DNA from: Tubiluchus corallicola
Taxonomy: Eukaryota; Animalia; Priapulida
Reading direction: 5' to 3'
Assembly (NCBI GenBank): GCA_030141605.1
Contig: JAQGDQ010002393.1
Coordinates: forward strand, 1-64,000
Length of the DNA stretch: 64,000 nt
The stretch's first letter is position 1. Every line of letters starts with the position of its first letter. The notes below the pieces were generated by a model. The model did no database searches. It had not been told where the DNA came from and worked only from the letters and a program-made list of their open reading frames with translations. A program made the translations under genes and the position numbers. Below are positions 8,650 through 21,300 of this stretch, in pieces.

Positions 8650-9672
8650 TTACTTCATTAAGAAAGAAAATTTGTCGATATTTTTAAGAGCAATACCCGT
8701 TCCTCTTGCCACTGCTAACAAAGGCTCTTCGGGTATGTGAAAGGGAATATTTATCTTTTCAAAAAATCTTTTGTCCAATCCTCGTAGCAATGCACCACCT
8801 CCAGTAAGATAGATGCCTTTTTTAGAAATATCGGCGTACAGTTCGGGAGGGGTTTGTTCTAATGCTGAAAGAATAGCCAGTTCTATTTTAGAAAGGGATT
8901 TTTCCAAAGAGTGAGCTACTTCTTGGTAAGATACAGGTACTTCGATAGGTAAAGAGGTAACCTGATTAGGACCACTCACTATATAGTTTTCGGGTGGTAC
9001 GTCCAAATCTATTAAAGCTGAGCCTACACTTATTTTAATGTCTTCTGCAGTTCTTTCACCTACTTTTACATTATGCTGGTGTCTCATATATTCTTGAATG
9101 TCTAATGTCAGGTCATCTCCTGCTATTCTAATAGACTTGTTTGTAACAATCCCTCCTAGTGAAATCACTGCAATTTCAGTTGTTCCTCCACCTATATCCA
9201 CTATCATATTTCCTTCAGGAGCTTCTACGTCTATTCCTATTCCTATTGCTGCTGCCATAGGTTCGTATATCATATAGGTCTCACTGCCTCCTGCTTGCTC
9301 AGCAGAATCTTTTACTGCTCTCAATTCTACTTCTGTACTACCTGATGGAACGCATATTACCATTTTCATTGATGGAGTAAAGGACCATGTTTTTATCTTA
9401 GCCATTTTTATCATTCCTCTTATCATTTGCTCTGCAGCGTTAAAATCTGCAATTACTCCATCACGTAAGGGGCGAATGGTTTTCATATTTTCGTGGGTCT
9501 TACCGTGCATTCTTTGAGCCTGTTGCCCTATTGCAACTACTTTGTCTGAGCGTTTATCTATCGCCACAATAGAAGGTTCGTTTACTACTATTTTATCTTC
9601 ACAGATAATAATGGTATTTGCTGTTCCTAAGTCAACGGCAATCTCCTGAGTCAAAAATGAAAATAATCCCAT
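8650..9672 (-). CDS. mreB: Rod shape-determining protein MreB
   Basis: DLGTANT, RPLRDGVIADF, DIGGGTTE, LTGGGALL. Confidence 0.97.
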   Translation of the reverse strand: MGLFSFLTQEIAVDLGTANTIIICEDKIVVNEPSIVAIDKRSDKVVAIGQQAQRMHGKTHENMKTIRPLRDGVIADFNAAEQMIRGMIKMAKIKTWSFTPSMKMVICVPSGSTEVELRAVKDSAEQAGGSETYMIYEPMAAAIGIGIDVEAPEGNMIVDIGGGTTEIAVISLGGIVTNKSIRIAGDDLTLDIQEYMRHQHNVKVGERTAEDIKISVGSALIDLDVPPENYIVSGPNQVTSLPIEVPVSYQEVAHSLEKSLSKIELAILSALEQTPPELYADISKKGIYLTGGGALLRGLDKRFFEKINIPFHIPEEPLLAVARGTGIALKNIDKFSFLMK

Positions 9673-9683
9673 AAGTTATATAA

Positions 9684-11198
9684 TTAATGTTTAAAATGTC
9701 TTTTTCCAGTAAATATCATCGATACATTATTTTTATTACAAAATTCTATCGTATCATTGTCTCTAATAGACCCTCCCGGCTGTATCACAGTCTTTATACC
9801 TTCTTTATGTGCTATCTCAACACAGTCAGGGAAGGGGAAAAAAGCATCTGATGCCAATACTGCCCCATTAAGGTTAAAGCCAAACTTCTTTGCTTTAACG
9901 ATAGCCTGCTCCAAAGCATCTACCCTTGAGGTTTGTCCTACTCCACTGGCTATTAATTGTTTGTTTTTTGCCAAAACAATAGCATTGGATTTGGTGTGCT
10001 TCACTAATTTATTTCCAAAAAGTAAATCTTCCTTTTCCATATCTGTAGGAGAGGTATTTGTAACTACTTTCAAATCTTTATCTGTTTCTACTGTTGTGTC
10101 TTTTTCTTGCAGTAGTACTCCATTTAATAACGAACGGTATTGGTATTTTGTTGTTTTGTTCTCTTTTTGTAAAAGGATAATTCTATTCTTTTTTTGTTTC
10201 AAAATCTGTAATGCTTCTTCCGAATAACTAGGAGCTATGATTACCTCAAAAAATAATTTATGTATTTCTTCTGCTGTTTCCTTTTCTACTTCTATATTTG
10301 TAATAATGATGCCTCCAAAAGCTGATATGGGGTCGCCTGCCAAGGCTTTTTTCCACGCATTCACAGGATTCTTGCTACTTGCTACACCACAAGCATTATT
10401 ATGTTTTAGAATAGCAAAAGTAGTCTCCTCAAAATCATTTAGTAAGTTGTATGCTCCATCAATATCCAACAAATTATTATATGATATTTCTTTTCCGTGT
10501 AATTGTTGAAATAGTTTATCAAAATTCCCAAAAAACACTCCTTTTTGATGGGGGTTCTCTCCGTATCTTAATGTTTTTACATCATTGTGACTTTGACGGA
10601 AATAATTAATATTGTTTTCGTTGAAATAATTGAAAATTGCTGTATCATAATGTGAAGATGTAGCAAATGCTTCTAAAGCATATTGTTTACGGTCTTTTAT
10701 AGAAGTTTTCCCTTCTTGTTCGTTCAGTAAATCGTATAAATTCTTATATTGTTTTTGAGATGATACTATTAGCACATCTTTATAGTTTTTTGCCCCTGCA
10801 CGTATCAAAGAAATGCCTCCAATATCTATTTTTTCTATAATATCTTGTTCCGCAGCTTCTGATGCTACTGTATCCTCAAAAGGGTACAAATCTACTATTA
10901 CAAGGTCAATTTCAGGAATACTATACTTTTCCAATTGAGCTACGTCTTCTGTATTTTCACGTCTTGCTAAAATACCTCCGAATACATTAGGGTGTAAAGT
11001 TTTTACTCTACCATTAAGAATAGAAGGATATGTGGTAAGTCCTTCCACAGAATTTACCTTTACATTCAAAGACTCTATATAATCTTTAGTACCTCCTGTA
11101 GAAAATATTTGTATTCCTAATGCATTTAACTTAGCAATAATCTTGTCCAAACCTTTTTTGTGATAAACCGAGATTAGCGCTGTTTCTATCTTTTTCAT
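9684..11198 (-). CDS. purH: AICAR transformylase/IMP cyclohydrolase
   Basis: GRVKTLHP, IDIGG, LRYGENPHQ, SDAFFPF, RHFKH. Confidence 0.98.
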   Translation of the reverse strand: MKKIETALISVYHKKGLDKIIAKLNALGIQIFSTGGTKDYIESLNVKVNSVEGLTTYPSILNGRVKTLHPNVFGGILARRENTEDVAQLEKYSIPEIDLVIVDLYPFEDTVASEAAEQDIIEKIDIGGISLIRAGAKNYKDVLIVSSQKQYKNLYDLLNEQEGKTSIKDRKQYALEAFATSSHYDTAIFNYFNENNINYFRQSHNDVKTLRYGENPHQKGVFFGNFDKLFQQLHGKEISYNNLLDIDGAYNLLNDFEETTFAILKHNNACGVASSKNPVNAWKKALAGDPISAFGGIIITNIEVEKETAEEIHKLFFEVIIAPSYSEEALQILKQKKNRIILLQKENKTTKYQYRSLLNGVLLQEKDTTVETDKDLKVVTNTSPTDMEKEDLLFGNKLVKHTKSNAIVLAKNKQLIASGVGQTSRVDALEQAIVKAKKFGFNLNGAVLASDAFFPFPDCVEIAHKEGIKTVIQPGGSIRDNDTIEFCNKNNVSMIFTGKRHFKH

Positions 11199-11459
11199 CT
11201 TATCTTTAGAAGCAATTTTTTAAACTTTTTTAACAATTGCAAATGTATAAAATACTTGCTATAAAACGTATCCTTTTTCTTAATTTATTTAGGTAATTTT
11301 TTCTTTGTAATAAGTATTGTTTGTTTCTGTTTTTTTGAACAAGGAGTGAAACTATAAATTAACAAAGAGTTTTAGCCCTGACAGTGAAAAATGTAGAGTT
11401 GAAATGTTAGAAAATAATTTGTCTAATAATAGTCTTATGTTCATATGTTTTCTAAACAA

Positions 11460-11488
11460 AAAAAGGCTCTTAAAAAAAGAGCCTTTTT
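11460..11488 (-). terminator. Terminator after ilvC
   Basis: aaaaaggctct/agagccttttt stem with A/T tracts on both sides. Confidence 0.75.
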
Positions 11489-11508
11489 GGATTAGAGAAT
11501 CAAAATAT

Positions 11509-12558
11509 TTATTTATTTTCTGGTCTCAACTTTCTTACGGTTGCTCCAGCTTGCCACATTTCTGATTCTCTCAACTCTTTAAGTTCTTTTTCTAATTTTT
11601 CTCGATAATCAGATTGACTGTTAGAATCGATAGAGCGTTGAGCTTCATTACCCTTTGCTACCTCGCTATACAACTCTTTGAATACGGGTAAGGATGCATC
11701 TTTAAATTTTTTCCACCAATCTAATGCCCCACGTTGTGCAGTAGTAGAGCAGTTAGCATACATCCAGTCCATACCATTTTCGGCCACAAGTGGCATAAGG
11801 CTTTGCGTAAGCTCTTCAACCGTTTCGTTAAATGCTTCTGAAGGAGTATGTCCATTTTCACGCAACACCTCGTACTGTGCTGCAAAAATACCCTGTATAG
11901 CTCCCATCAATGTTCCTCTCTCACCAGTAAGGTCTGAGTATACTTCTTTCTTGAAAGTAGTTTCAAACAAATAACCAGAACCTATTCCTATACCTAATGC
12001 AATAGCAGTTTCTTTGGCATTGCCACTAGCGTCTTGGAATATAGCATAGCTTGAGTTCAAGCCTCTACCTTCTAGGAACATACGGCGTAAACTTGTTCCT
12101 GAACCTTTTGGAGCCACAAGTACTACATCTGCATCTTTTGGAGGTATAATTTTAGTTCTCTCTTTGTAAGTAACACCAAAACCATGAGAAAAATACAAAG
12201 TTTTACCTGCAGTAAGATGCTTTTCTACCGTAGGCCATACAGCAATCTGTCCTGCATCTGACAATAAGTACATAATAATAGTAGCTTTTTCTAAAGCTTC
12301 TTCTATATCAAAGAGGTCAGAGCCTTCTTTCCAGCCATCTTTTACTGCTCTGTCCCAATCGTTTTTAAACTGCTTAGATTGCCCTATAATAACGTTAAAA
12401 CCATTATCTTTCAAATTAGCTGCTTGTGCAGGTCCTTGTACTCCATAGCCAATAACTGCAATAGTTTCGTTCTTTAATGTTTCCTGTGCTTTTTCCAAAG
12501 GAAATTCTTCGCGCATTACAACATTTTCTTCTGTGCCTCCAAAATTTAATTTTGCCAT
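11509..12558 (-). CDS. ilvC: Ketol-acid reductoisomerase
   Basis: GYGVQG, VAPKGSG, SDLTGERG, CSTTAQRG. Confidence 0.97.
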   Translation of the reverse strand: MAKLNFGGTEENVVMREEFPLEKAQETLKNETIAVIGYGVQGPAQAANLKDNGFNVIIGQSKQFKNDWDRAVKDGWKEGSDLFDIEEALEKATIIMYLLSDAGQIAVWPTVEKHLTAGKTLYFSHGFGVTYKERTKIIPPKDADVVLVAPKGSGTSLRRMFLEGRGLNSSYAIFQDASGNAKETAIALGIGIGSGYLFETTFKKEVYSDLTGERGTLMGAIQGIFAAQYEVLRENGHTPSEAFNETVEELTQSLMPLVAENGMDWMYANCSTTAQRGALDWWKKFKDASLPVFKELYSEVAKGNEAQRSIDSNSQSDYREKLEKELKELRESEMWQAGATVRKLRPENK

Positions 12559-12640
12559 AATTTTAAATTAATTCATTTATTTTCAAGTAAATACTTCTCA
12601 AATATATAAGGTTTTAATACTAAAACCAAAAAAACATAAT

Positions 12641-13174
12641 CTAACTTTCTTCCATCATTTTTCTCAACTTCTTCAAATATTCAGAAATCATTTTTTTAGG
12701 TTTTGATATAGCTACACGTCCCGAACGTGCAAACTGCAAAATACCGTACGGAGCCAATTCATCGTACAATTTTTGTGTATCTTTCTTGTAGCCTGTTTTG
12801 CTTATCACTATAAATTCATTGTTAAGAGCCAAAACACTCGCCTGACGTTTTCTAATAATTTTTTCAAAATCATCGTCTTTAAACTTAGATACCGCTAGCT
12901 TGTACAAGGCCATTTCTTGATGCACTATTTCATTCTCTTTAAAGAAAAAAGCCTTGAAAACACCTATCTGCTTATCTATTTGCTTGGTAACTTTTTTAGC
13001 AATATCCTCTTTCATTTGTGATACAATAGTAAATCTATACACACCAGTTATCCCTGATTGAGAAGTTGTCAAACTATCAATATTTAACTTCCTTCTTGTA
13101 AATATCATTGTTATTTGTGTTAATAAACCCACAGCATTTTCCGTGAAAACAGAAAAAGTAAATTCTTGTTTCAT
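12641..13174 (-). CDS. ilvN: Acetolactate synthase small subunit
   Basis: ACT domain (FTRRKLNIDSL), ARSGRVA, position after ilvB. Confidence 0.92.
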   Translation of the reverse strand: MKQEFTFSVFTENAVGLLTQITMIFTRRKLNIDSLTTSQSGITGVYRFTIVSQMKEDIAKKVTKQIDKQIGVFKAFFFKENEIVHQEMALYKLAVSKFKDDDFEKIIRKRQASVLALNNEFIVISKTGYKKDTQKLYDELAPYGILQFARSGRVAISKPKKMISEYLKKLRKMMEES

Positions 13175-13253
13175 AGTTATATATGATTTAATTAAAACTA
13201 AAATCTAACAATTGAGAATATATATTCGTAGTTATTAGATTTTAAATATTAGT

Positions 13254-14969
13254 TTATTCTTCCAACATTATTTCAGAAACAGACGAACCCGGTGCAACCA
13301 TAGGAAATACATTGTCCTCTCGTTTTACCTCTATCTCTAACAGGAAAGGTCCCTTATGTCCAAGCATCTTTTCTATCCCATTTTCCATATCCTCGTTTTT
13401 TTCTATCCTCAAAGCATCTATACCGAAAGAATTGGCAAGGGCAATAAAGTCAGGATTTTTCAATTCTGTTTCAGAATACCTGCTTTCAAAAAACAACTGT
13501 TGCCATTGTCTTACCATTCCCAAAAATTTATTATTGAGAATTACCACCTTCACAGGCAAATTATTTTCCCTAATGGTCATCAACTCTTGCATAGTCATCT
13601 GAAAGCCACCATCACCTACAAATACTATTACGTTTTTGTTGGGAGAGCCTATTTGTGCTCCAACAGCCGAAGGCAAGCCAAATCCCATAGTTCCAAGCCC
13701 ACCTGATGTAATCCATTCGTCACCCTCCTTAAACTTAAAGTAGCGAGCTGCCATCATCTGATGTTGTCCTACATCTGTTACTACAATTGATGAGTCCTTT
13801 GACTTATCGGAAATCATTTTTACTGCTTCTGCCATTTTAGGTTGAACACTATCAGTGCTTATTAGCTTACCATCTATTTTCTTATCTTCCAACTTGTTCA
13901 ACTCCTTAAACCTATCTATCCAACTTTTGTAATCTCCTCTTTTTACCTGTTTTCTTAGTTGGCTCAATGCTATTTTTGCGTCTGCAATAATAGCCACATC
14001 GCATTTCACATTCTTATTAACCTCCGAAGGGTCTATCTCTATATGTATCACCTTAGCTTTAGCTGCATAGGTTTTTAAATCGCCCGTTACTCTATCATCA
14101 AAGCGCATCCCCACAGCAATTAACAAATCGCTTTCGTTGGTATTTACATTCGGAGCATAGTGTCCGTGCATCCCCAGCATTCCTTTAAATAAAGTATGCT
14201 CTGTGGGTACGGCAGACAACCCTAAGAGTGTTGAAGCAAAAGGAATACCTGATTTCTCAATAAACTGCAACAACTCCTGTTCTGCTTTTGCCAGTTTCAC
14301 ACCTTGTCCTACTAATATCAAAGGTTTCTTTGCCTCTTCTATTAATTTAGCAGCATCTAACAACGATTGTTCGCTTATGTTAGGTTCAGGTGTATAAGAC
14401 AAAATCTTAGTTGTTTTTTCGTACTTAAACTCTTCAAGAATAGATTGTTGAGCATCTTTGGTAATGTCTATAAGCACAGGACCAGGACGCCCTGACCGTG
14501 CCAAATAAAATGCTTTTGATACAATAGTAGGAATTTCTTCTACCTTAGTAATTTGAAAGTTCCATTTGGTTATTGGCATAGACACACTAATAATATCTAC
14601 TTCCTGAAAAGCATCAGACCCCAACAATGGAGAGGCCACTTGCCCTGATATACAAACTAGGGGGGTAGAATCTACAAAAGCATCTGCAATACCAGTAATA
14701 AGGTTGGTAGCCCCGGGTCCCGAAGTAGATAAACATACTCCTACTTTGTTTGATACACGTGCATACCCTTGTGCAGCGTGAACGGCACCCTGTTCGTGTC
14801 GTGTCATATAATGCTTTAACTCTTTTTTATAAGCAAAGAGAGCATCGTACACAGGCATAATTTGTCCTCCCGTATAGCCAAAAATACAGTCTACTCCTTC
14901 GTTTAATAACGATAACATTAGAGCTTCTGCACCAGTTATATTCTTTTTATTACTATCTTTTTCTGTCAT
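13254..14969 (-). CDS. ilvB: Acetolactate synthase large subunit
   Basis: RHEQGA, TSGPGATN, RFDDRVTG, GDGGFQM, LGMVRQWQ. Confidence 0.97.
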   Translation of the reverse strand: MTEKDSNKKNITGAEALMLSLLNEGVDCIFGYTGGQIMPVYDALFAYKKELKHYMTRHEQGAVHAAQGYARVSNKVGVCLSTSGPGATNLITGIADAFVDSTPLVCISGQVASPLLGSDAFQEVDIISVSMPITKWNFQITKVEEIPTIVSKAFYLARSGRPGPVLIDITKDAQQSILEEFKYEKTTKILSYTPEPNISEQSLLDAAKLIEEAKKPLILVGQGVKLAKAEQELLQFIEKSGIPFASTLLGLSAVPTEHTLFKGMLGMHGHYAPNVNTNESDLLIAVGMRFDDRVTGDLKTYAAKAKVIHIEIDPSEVNKNVKCDVAIIADAKIALSQLRKQVKRGDYKSWIDRFKELNKLEDKKIDGKLISTDSVQPKMAEAVKMISDKSKDSSIVVTDVGQHQMMAARYFKFKEGDEWITSGGLGTMGFGLPSAVGAQIGSPNKNVIVFVGDGGFQMTMQELMTIRENNLPVKVVILNNKFLGMVRQWQQLFFESRYSETELKNPDFIALANSFGIDALRIEKNEDMENGIEKMLGHKGPFLLEIEVKREDNVFPMVAPGSSVSEIMLEE

Positions 14970-15337
14970 AATCCTATTAATATTTTAAATAGCTTACAAT
15001 ATATTATCTAATTTAGATAAATTAAATAATATGGTCTTTAATTTTCCAAGTATCCAATTCTTCTATTTTAGGTCTTGGGTTTAATAATTCAAATTCTCTT
15101 TTTTGTTTAGGATTTGTCTTTACTTTCTTTGAAGAATAACATTCTCTATACACTAGTCTACGTAATACTTTATTGCTTTTACCATATTGATTGGGAGCGA
15201 AAGCTCCAATATCTTTTTCATTCTCGCAATTTTTTTACGTTTTTAATTTTTGTTCCTTGATTTCTTAACTGCAAATTGTTTGACTTAATGTTGAGATTCG
15301 TTTTTTACAATTTCGCAATATTTTCTATTTGTTTCAC

Positions 15338-17164
15338 TTAAATTATTCTTACAGCACCTTTATCAGCAGAGCTTACAAACCTTGAATACAGTTTTAAGGC
15401 TTTTGATACCTCCCTCTTCCTATCTGTAGGCATAAAAGCCTGTTTTCCCTTTGCTTCCTCTTCTTTCCTTCTTTCTAGTAACTGTTTGTCGCTTAATACT
15501 GCATCTATTTTCCTGTTAGGAATATCTATCTCTATAAAGTCTCCATCTCTTACAAGGGCAATATTACCTCCTGCTGCTGCCTCTGGTGATACGTGTCCTA
15601 TAGACAAGCCAGAAGTCCCTCCTGAAAATCTTCCATCAGTAATTAAGGCGCACTGTTTGTCCAATTTCATTGATTTAAGGTACGAAGTGGGGTATAACAT
15701 TTCTTGCATACCAGGTCCCCCTTTGGGTCCTTCGTACCTGATGATGACGACATCTTTTGCTTTTACCACGCCATTGAGTATTGCCTCGCAAGCTTCATCT
15801 TGTGAGGAAAAAGTGCGAGCCACGCCCTTGAACTGAAATACCGAAGCATCTACTCCTGCTGTTTTGATGATGCAACCATCTTGAGCAATATTACCGTACA
15901 ACACTGCTAAGCCACCATCCTTATTATAAGCATTTTCAATGTTTCTTATACAGCCTTTCTCTCTATCAGTATCAAGTTCCTTATATCTGTTGTTTTGTTC
16001 TCCCATTTTAGTAGTACGTACCAGACCGGGGGCAACTTGTGCGTTTTCTGTTGCTTCTTCAATAGCTGTAGAACGTTGTATATCATATTGTTCGATAGCC
16101 TCTCCTAAGGTAAGTCCATCTACTCTATATGCTGTAGTGTCCAGTAGGTTGCCGCGTTCCAACTCACCCATAATAGAGAGTATACCGCCTGCTCTGTTTA
16201 CATCTTGTATGTGGTAATGCGAACTGGGAGCAACCTTACAAATATTAGGCGTAATATGTGACAGTTGGTCTATATCCTTCATTGTAAAGCTCACATTTGC
16301 CTCATTAGCAACTGCAAGTAGGTGTAATACGGTGTTGGTAGATCCCCCCATTGCTATATCTAACGTCATAGCATTCTTGAAAGCCTCCTTTTTAGCAATA
16401 CTACGAGGCAATACCCTTTCATTTCCCTTTTCATAATAGTCGTAAGCCATTTCTACTATACGGTTGGAAGCTTTTTTAAAAAGTTTTTTCCTTTGAGTAT
16501 GTGTAGCAAGTATTGTTCCGTTGCCCGGTAGCGACAATCCCAAAGCCTCTGTGAGGCAGTTCATAGAATTGGCAGTAAACATTCCCGAACACGAACCACA
16601 AGTGGGGCAAGCTGCCTCTTCTATTTCCTGTAATTCCTCCTCTGATATATTAGGGTCGGCAGCCATTACCATAGCGTCTACAAGGTCGTAAGATTTATTT
16701 TTGAGTACTCCTGCCTCCATTGGTCCTCCTGATACAAATATAGTAGGTATGTTCAATCGCATAGATGCTAATAGCATACCCGGAGTTATTTTATCGCAGT
16801 TAGAAATACATATCATTGCATCTACCTTATGAGCATTGCACATATATTCTATGCTATCAGCAATAAGATCTCTTGAAGGTAAAGAATACAACATTCCATC
16901 GTGTCCCATAGCAATACCATCGTCAATAGCAATACTATTAAACTCTGCTGCAAAGCAACCTAACTTTTCTATATGCTGTTTTACTTCTTGTCCTATTTCG
17001 TGGAGGTGTGTATGTCCTGGAACAAACTGCGTAAAAGAATTAACCACAGCAATAAGAGGTTTGCCAAATTGCTCTGGCTTCATTCCATTAGCTCTCCACA
17101 GGCTACGAGCACCTGCCATTAATTTTCCTTCTGTTACAGCTGAACTTCTGAGTTTTATTTTCAT
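15338..17164 (-). CDS. ilvD: Dihydroxy-acid dehydratase
   Basis: [31 protein letters not shown]. Confidence 0.98.
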   Translation of the reverse strand: MKIKLRSSAVTEGKLMAGARSLWRANGMKPEQFGKPLIAVVNSFTQFVPGHTHLHEIGQEVKQHIEKLGCFAAEFNSIAIDDGIAMGHDGMLYSLPSRDLIADSIEYMCNAHKVDAMICISNCDKITPGMLLASMRLNIPTIFVSGGPMEAGVLKNKSYDLVDAMVMAADPNISEEELQEIEEAACPTCGSCSGMFTANSMNCLTEALGLSLPGNGTILATHTQRKKLFKKASNRIVEMAYDYYEKGNERVLPRSIAKKEAFKNAMTLDIAMGGSTNTVLHLLAVANEANVSFTMKDIDQLSHITPNICKVAPSSHYHIQDVNRAGGILSIMGELERGNLLDTTAYRVDGLTLGEAIEQYDIQRSTAIEEATENAQVAPGLVRTTKMGEQNNRYKELDTDREKGCIRNIENAYNKDGGLAVLYGNIAQDGCIIKTAGVDASVFQFKGVARTFSSQDEACEAILNGVVKAKDVVIIRYEGPKGGPGMQEMLYPTSYLKSMKLDKQCALITDGRFSGGTSGLSIGHVSPEAAAGGNIALVRDGDFIEIDIPNRKIDAVLSDKQLLERRKEEEAKGKQAFMPTDRKREVSKALKLYSRFVSSADKGAVRII

Positions 17165-17328
17165 TGATTCTTTCTATTTCTTATAGAGTAATTCCATCTT
17201 GCAAAGTTAGGTATAATAAATTTTTATGACAAAAATTTTGTTTGAATTTATTGTTATAAAAAGTTGTGTGATTTTTTAATTAGTGCTATATTTGCTTTTT
17301 AACTTTTTAAATTAATATTTTGTTTATT

Positions 17329-18003
17329 ATGAAGTTTATTTATTTGATTATTGGTATTGTATTATGTTTTGCAGTAGTAAGTTGTGTTAAAGATACTACT
17401 AATACTCCTGTAACTTATTATGAAATAGCAACAGTAATTCCTGAAACAAATCCTGTTTTAGAATTTGACTCTAATTTTAAAGGAAAAGTAGTTAACAGTT
17501 TTAATTTGCCTGAAGTAGGTTCTAGAGGATTTGTTGGATTTCGTTTAGAGACAGGGATTGATGCTAATAGGGAAGCTGATATAAGCCTTTTGTCTTTTCA
17601 AAAAATGACGCTAACTACTCCTATAGATGAAATACTTAATGATGATGGATTGGAGATAGACGATCATGTTAGAGTATTTGCAGGGACTAATACTCCTTAC
17701 ATCTATAAAGATTATTTGAATGTAAGTGTACTTGCTAATCCACCTTATTCCTCATCTGATACAATTGCTTTTAGGGTGTACAAATATGATGCTTCTGAAA
17801 GTGAAGATTCTGTAAGTATGAAGATGTTGCATTTTTATGACAATAGAGATACTTACCGCAGAGTAGATTATATAACAACTTTTGATTTAAAACCCCTAAA
17901 AGCAGGAGGCGTAGATAGTGTTGTGATAAATTTTACCTATTATGATTACTATAGTGGTGATGAAAAATCTAAGGAATTGATATACAGATATACAAGTGAT
18001 TAA
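17329..18003 (+). CDS. Lipoprotein, possibly NigD-like
   Basis: Lipobox VVSC; size and beta-rich C-terminus resemble Bacteroidales NigD-type proteins. Confidence 0.5.
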   Translation: MKFIYLIIGIVLCFAVVSCVKDTTNTPVTYYEIATVIPETNPVLEFDSNFKGKVVNSFNLPEVGSRGFVGFRLETGIDANREADISLLSFQKMTLTTPIDEILNDDGLEIDDHVRVFAGTNTPYIYKDYLNVSVLANPPYSSSDTIAFRVYKYDASESEDSVSMKMLHFYDNRDTYRRVDYITTFDLKPLKAGGVDSVVINFTYYDYYSGDEKSKELIYRYTSD

Positions 18004-18379
18004 AGTGCTAAAATTACAAAGATGTAGAGAATCTATAATCATTGGTTTTTAGCTAAGAATAGTACAGAGATTTGTTTATTAGCATAGTTTATTTTAGCAA
18101 TATTAGTATTTGCAATTATATAACTTGACTGACCCAATGAAGACCCTTTGTTCCTACGTTTATATAGCCTAAAAAGTTGGATTAAACTAAGTATATAATT
18201 GCCTAGTTCTTTTACAGAAGTCTGTGAAAAGTGTCAAAAAACTATAACTGTTTTCCAAATTTTTCTTTTTTCAAAGCCTTTTAAATACATATGTGTTTTT
18301 GTCTATTTCACATACTTGTGTATAAGCCCTTCACAGAGATGAACAGCTGTGTATAGTTTGAGAGTTCGGATTTTTATTC

Positions 18380-21300
18380 TTAGTTTTTGATTAATTTTCC
18401 TGTTATAGTTTCTTGGTAGCCTTCGGGGGCTGTTACTAAAAACTGGTAAAAATACATACCGTTGGGGAGGGGTATTCCGTCAGTAGTGGTCGCATCCCAC
18501 GTAATGGGGTGTGTACTATAGCTATCATTGAAGCTACTGGTATGTAGTGTAGTAATATGCTTGCCCGTGTAATTGTATATATGTAGAGCAATGTGGAGAG
18601 TGTCATTAGGTTTGTTGTGGGTGAAGAGAAAATGTGTTTTGTGGGTAAAGGGGTTGGGGTAGTTGTAGGCTTTGTCTATAATAAGCTTTTCTCCTTCTAT
18701 TACCACAAAGTTGAGCATAGCAGTGGCGGAGTTATTCAATACATCAAAAGCTTTCAACACAATTGTATGTTTACCTGCGGAGAGATTAGAGAATTTGTAA
18801 TCGACTGTGCCACTGGTGTGGTCGTCTAAGTTGGTTTGGTAGTAGGGTGTAAGATTATAAGGTGTGTTGTGCTGATCATCAAGAATGGCTGTGATGTTAT
18901 GTCCTATGCCGTAGCCAGTAGTATTAATACCATTATCGTCGTTGAGATGTGCAAGTAGAATAGGGTTGGTGTCTGTAATGTCTCCATCTTTGAACTGTGT
19001 ATTGTTCATATAGAGTTGTATATTAGGAGGTGTGTTGTCTATAATGGGGTTGTCACTTGTTCCGCCTATTATAATTGTGTGATGCCCTTGTGCTTGTTCC
19101 TGTGTGTTATTATGGGCGTAATGGCTTATCTTGGCTTTTCCGTAGTTGTATTTGATGTCCTTAGGCACGACAAATGTAAGAGTAAATTGTCCTTTTTGTA
19201 TGGAGGCTTTACCGTTGAAAATAATGTTTTGCTGTTCTTCGTAAGCAAATGGTGTTTCTCCTAAATTGCCTAGTGTTTCTTGGTGGGTAGGCTTGTCGTA
19301 AATAATGGTGTGTAATGTGCCATCGTAATCATAAATAGTATTATTGAAATTTTCTATACGTCCTTGTAAAGTTACTTTACTAAGAGCTTGCAATGTGTCG
19401 TTTTCTCCTTCTACAATAGGTTGTTGGTTGATTTGAGTGGTTTTGATATTAAGCTCAGGGGGAGCTATGATAAGAGCAGGATCTCCTAGTAGTGTAAAAT
19501 TTCGTTTGTTAGTGGTAAAAGTAGATTGATTTTTGGTGCGTCTTATTATTTCACCAATAGAAAGTGGGTTGCCTTCTTCGCTTTTTTGTAGAAAATTTTG
19601 ATAGAATAATTGATTAAGCTCAAAGTTAGCTTTGGCGTATGCAAGCCGTGTAGTGGTACATAGGGCAATGCCTCCTCCGTTGGGGTGGAGAAGAATAAGT
19701 TCGCCTGTTGATGGGGTATGGTGGTTATCGAACCTTCCGAACTCACAAGTAGCAGTAACGAATAAAGGTAAGCTGTTTTTATTGTTCCAGCTGGTAATGT
19801 CTTCTTTTGTGATAATTTTTTCGTCAGCCAACCATAACTCGTTGCCGTGTCCTGTGTAGTTGATAATGAGTGTGCCATTATGTACGGTGCTGGTGATGGC
19901 TTGGTTGGCTTGTGGATACTTTTTGCTGGAAGCGGTGGTTACTACTGGGTAATTGTCTATGTAGAGTTTTTCGATAGTATATGCAGGGTTGTATTTGGTA
20001 AGTGTGTCTGCAAGTTGGTTGGCTTGGTTCATATGTAGGTTTTCGTCTTCATCGTCAGCAATAAAAGTTATTTTGTTTTTCCATTTCCCGTAGGTGTGAG
20101 GATTGAGATAGTTCCTTATTTTTTCTATTACCGTCTGAGCTTCTTCTGGGGTATTTATGGGTAGTCTCCCTATAGCTATATCTATGTCGCCAGTGATTTC
20201 TCCTTCATTTTCGTCTAATAGTCCAAAGAAGTCATCAGAGGTAAATGAATTGATTGGAGACAATGAGTTTTGAGTTTGATATGTGGGTAGTAGGTTAGCG
20301 TTGGTTTGCTCTATGTTTTTGTTGTCGTAGCTACCACTACCTAACAGTAAAAGATACTGAGGTTTCTTTGTGCTTTTTTGGTTTTTTAAGTATAGGTGTC
20401 TGATAAAGTTTCGTAAAGCAGTGGGGTCTGGTTTTCCTGATGAGTATTCGTTGTAGATTTGTTCGGGGGTTGCTATGGTAGTGGAGAGGTTGTGTATTTC
20501 TTGGTGTATTTTTGCAAGTTGTTGGGCTTGAGAAAGAAAGCTGGGGTGGGTAATGATAATATAATCTATGTTGCTGAGTGTATGTAGGTTTTGATGGGGT
20601 ACTTTTTCCACTATTTCAGGAGCAGGGTAGTTGGCAGTGGGGTCAAAAGCAATGTATTGTCTTAGACTGTATGTAGAGTCTGAAAATGTGGTTGTATTGT
20701 TATAAGTAGTTTTTAGCTTAACAGGTTGAGTGGGGTTAGTGATATCCCAGACAGTTGTATTTAAGTTGGTATTAGAGATGGTGTATTGCAATGTTTTGTT
20801 TTGATTGAGGTATTGAGTGTTTCTAAAAAATAAAGGCTGATTGTTAGTAACAGTTAAGTTGGCAGATGCATTAAGAGTAATATAATCTAACCACGCAGAG
20901 AAACTTGTGCTATTTTTTGCTTGTAATGTGATGGGGAGGCTGTTATTAACGAGGGTAAATGTATGTATAGTGGTATCTACGGTAGCGTAGTCTGCTTCTT
21001 TGGAAGAAATATTGGTAGAGGGTATGGCAATGGTTTTGTTGTAGTTGTTGCTAGTAAGGGTAATATTTGTAGGTAAAGATGAACGAGCCAATGCTTGTAT
21101 GATAAGGTGTATGGGTTGATTGATGTTTATATTAGGAATATTAAAGGTGTAAGAAAAATCTTGTAGATGGATCTTTTCTCCCACCCAGTTTCTCCCTGAT
21201 TTTAGTAGGTTATATATTTCTTTTTCGTAATGGTCGTAGTAATTGTAGGTAGTAGTCTGATGGTCAGGATTGTTGATAGGTGGTGTTTGGGTATTAAGAG

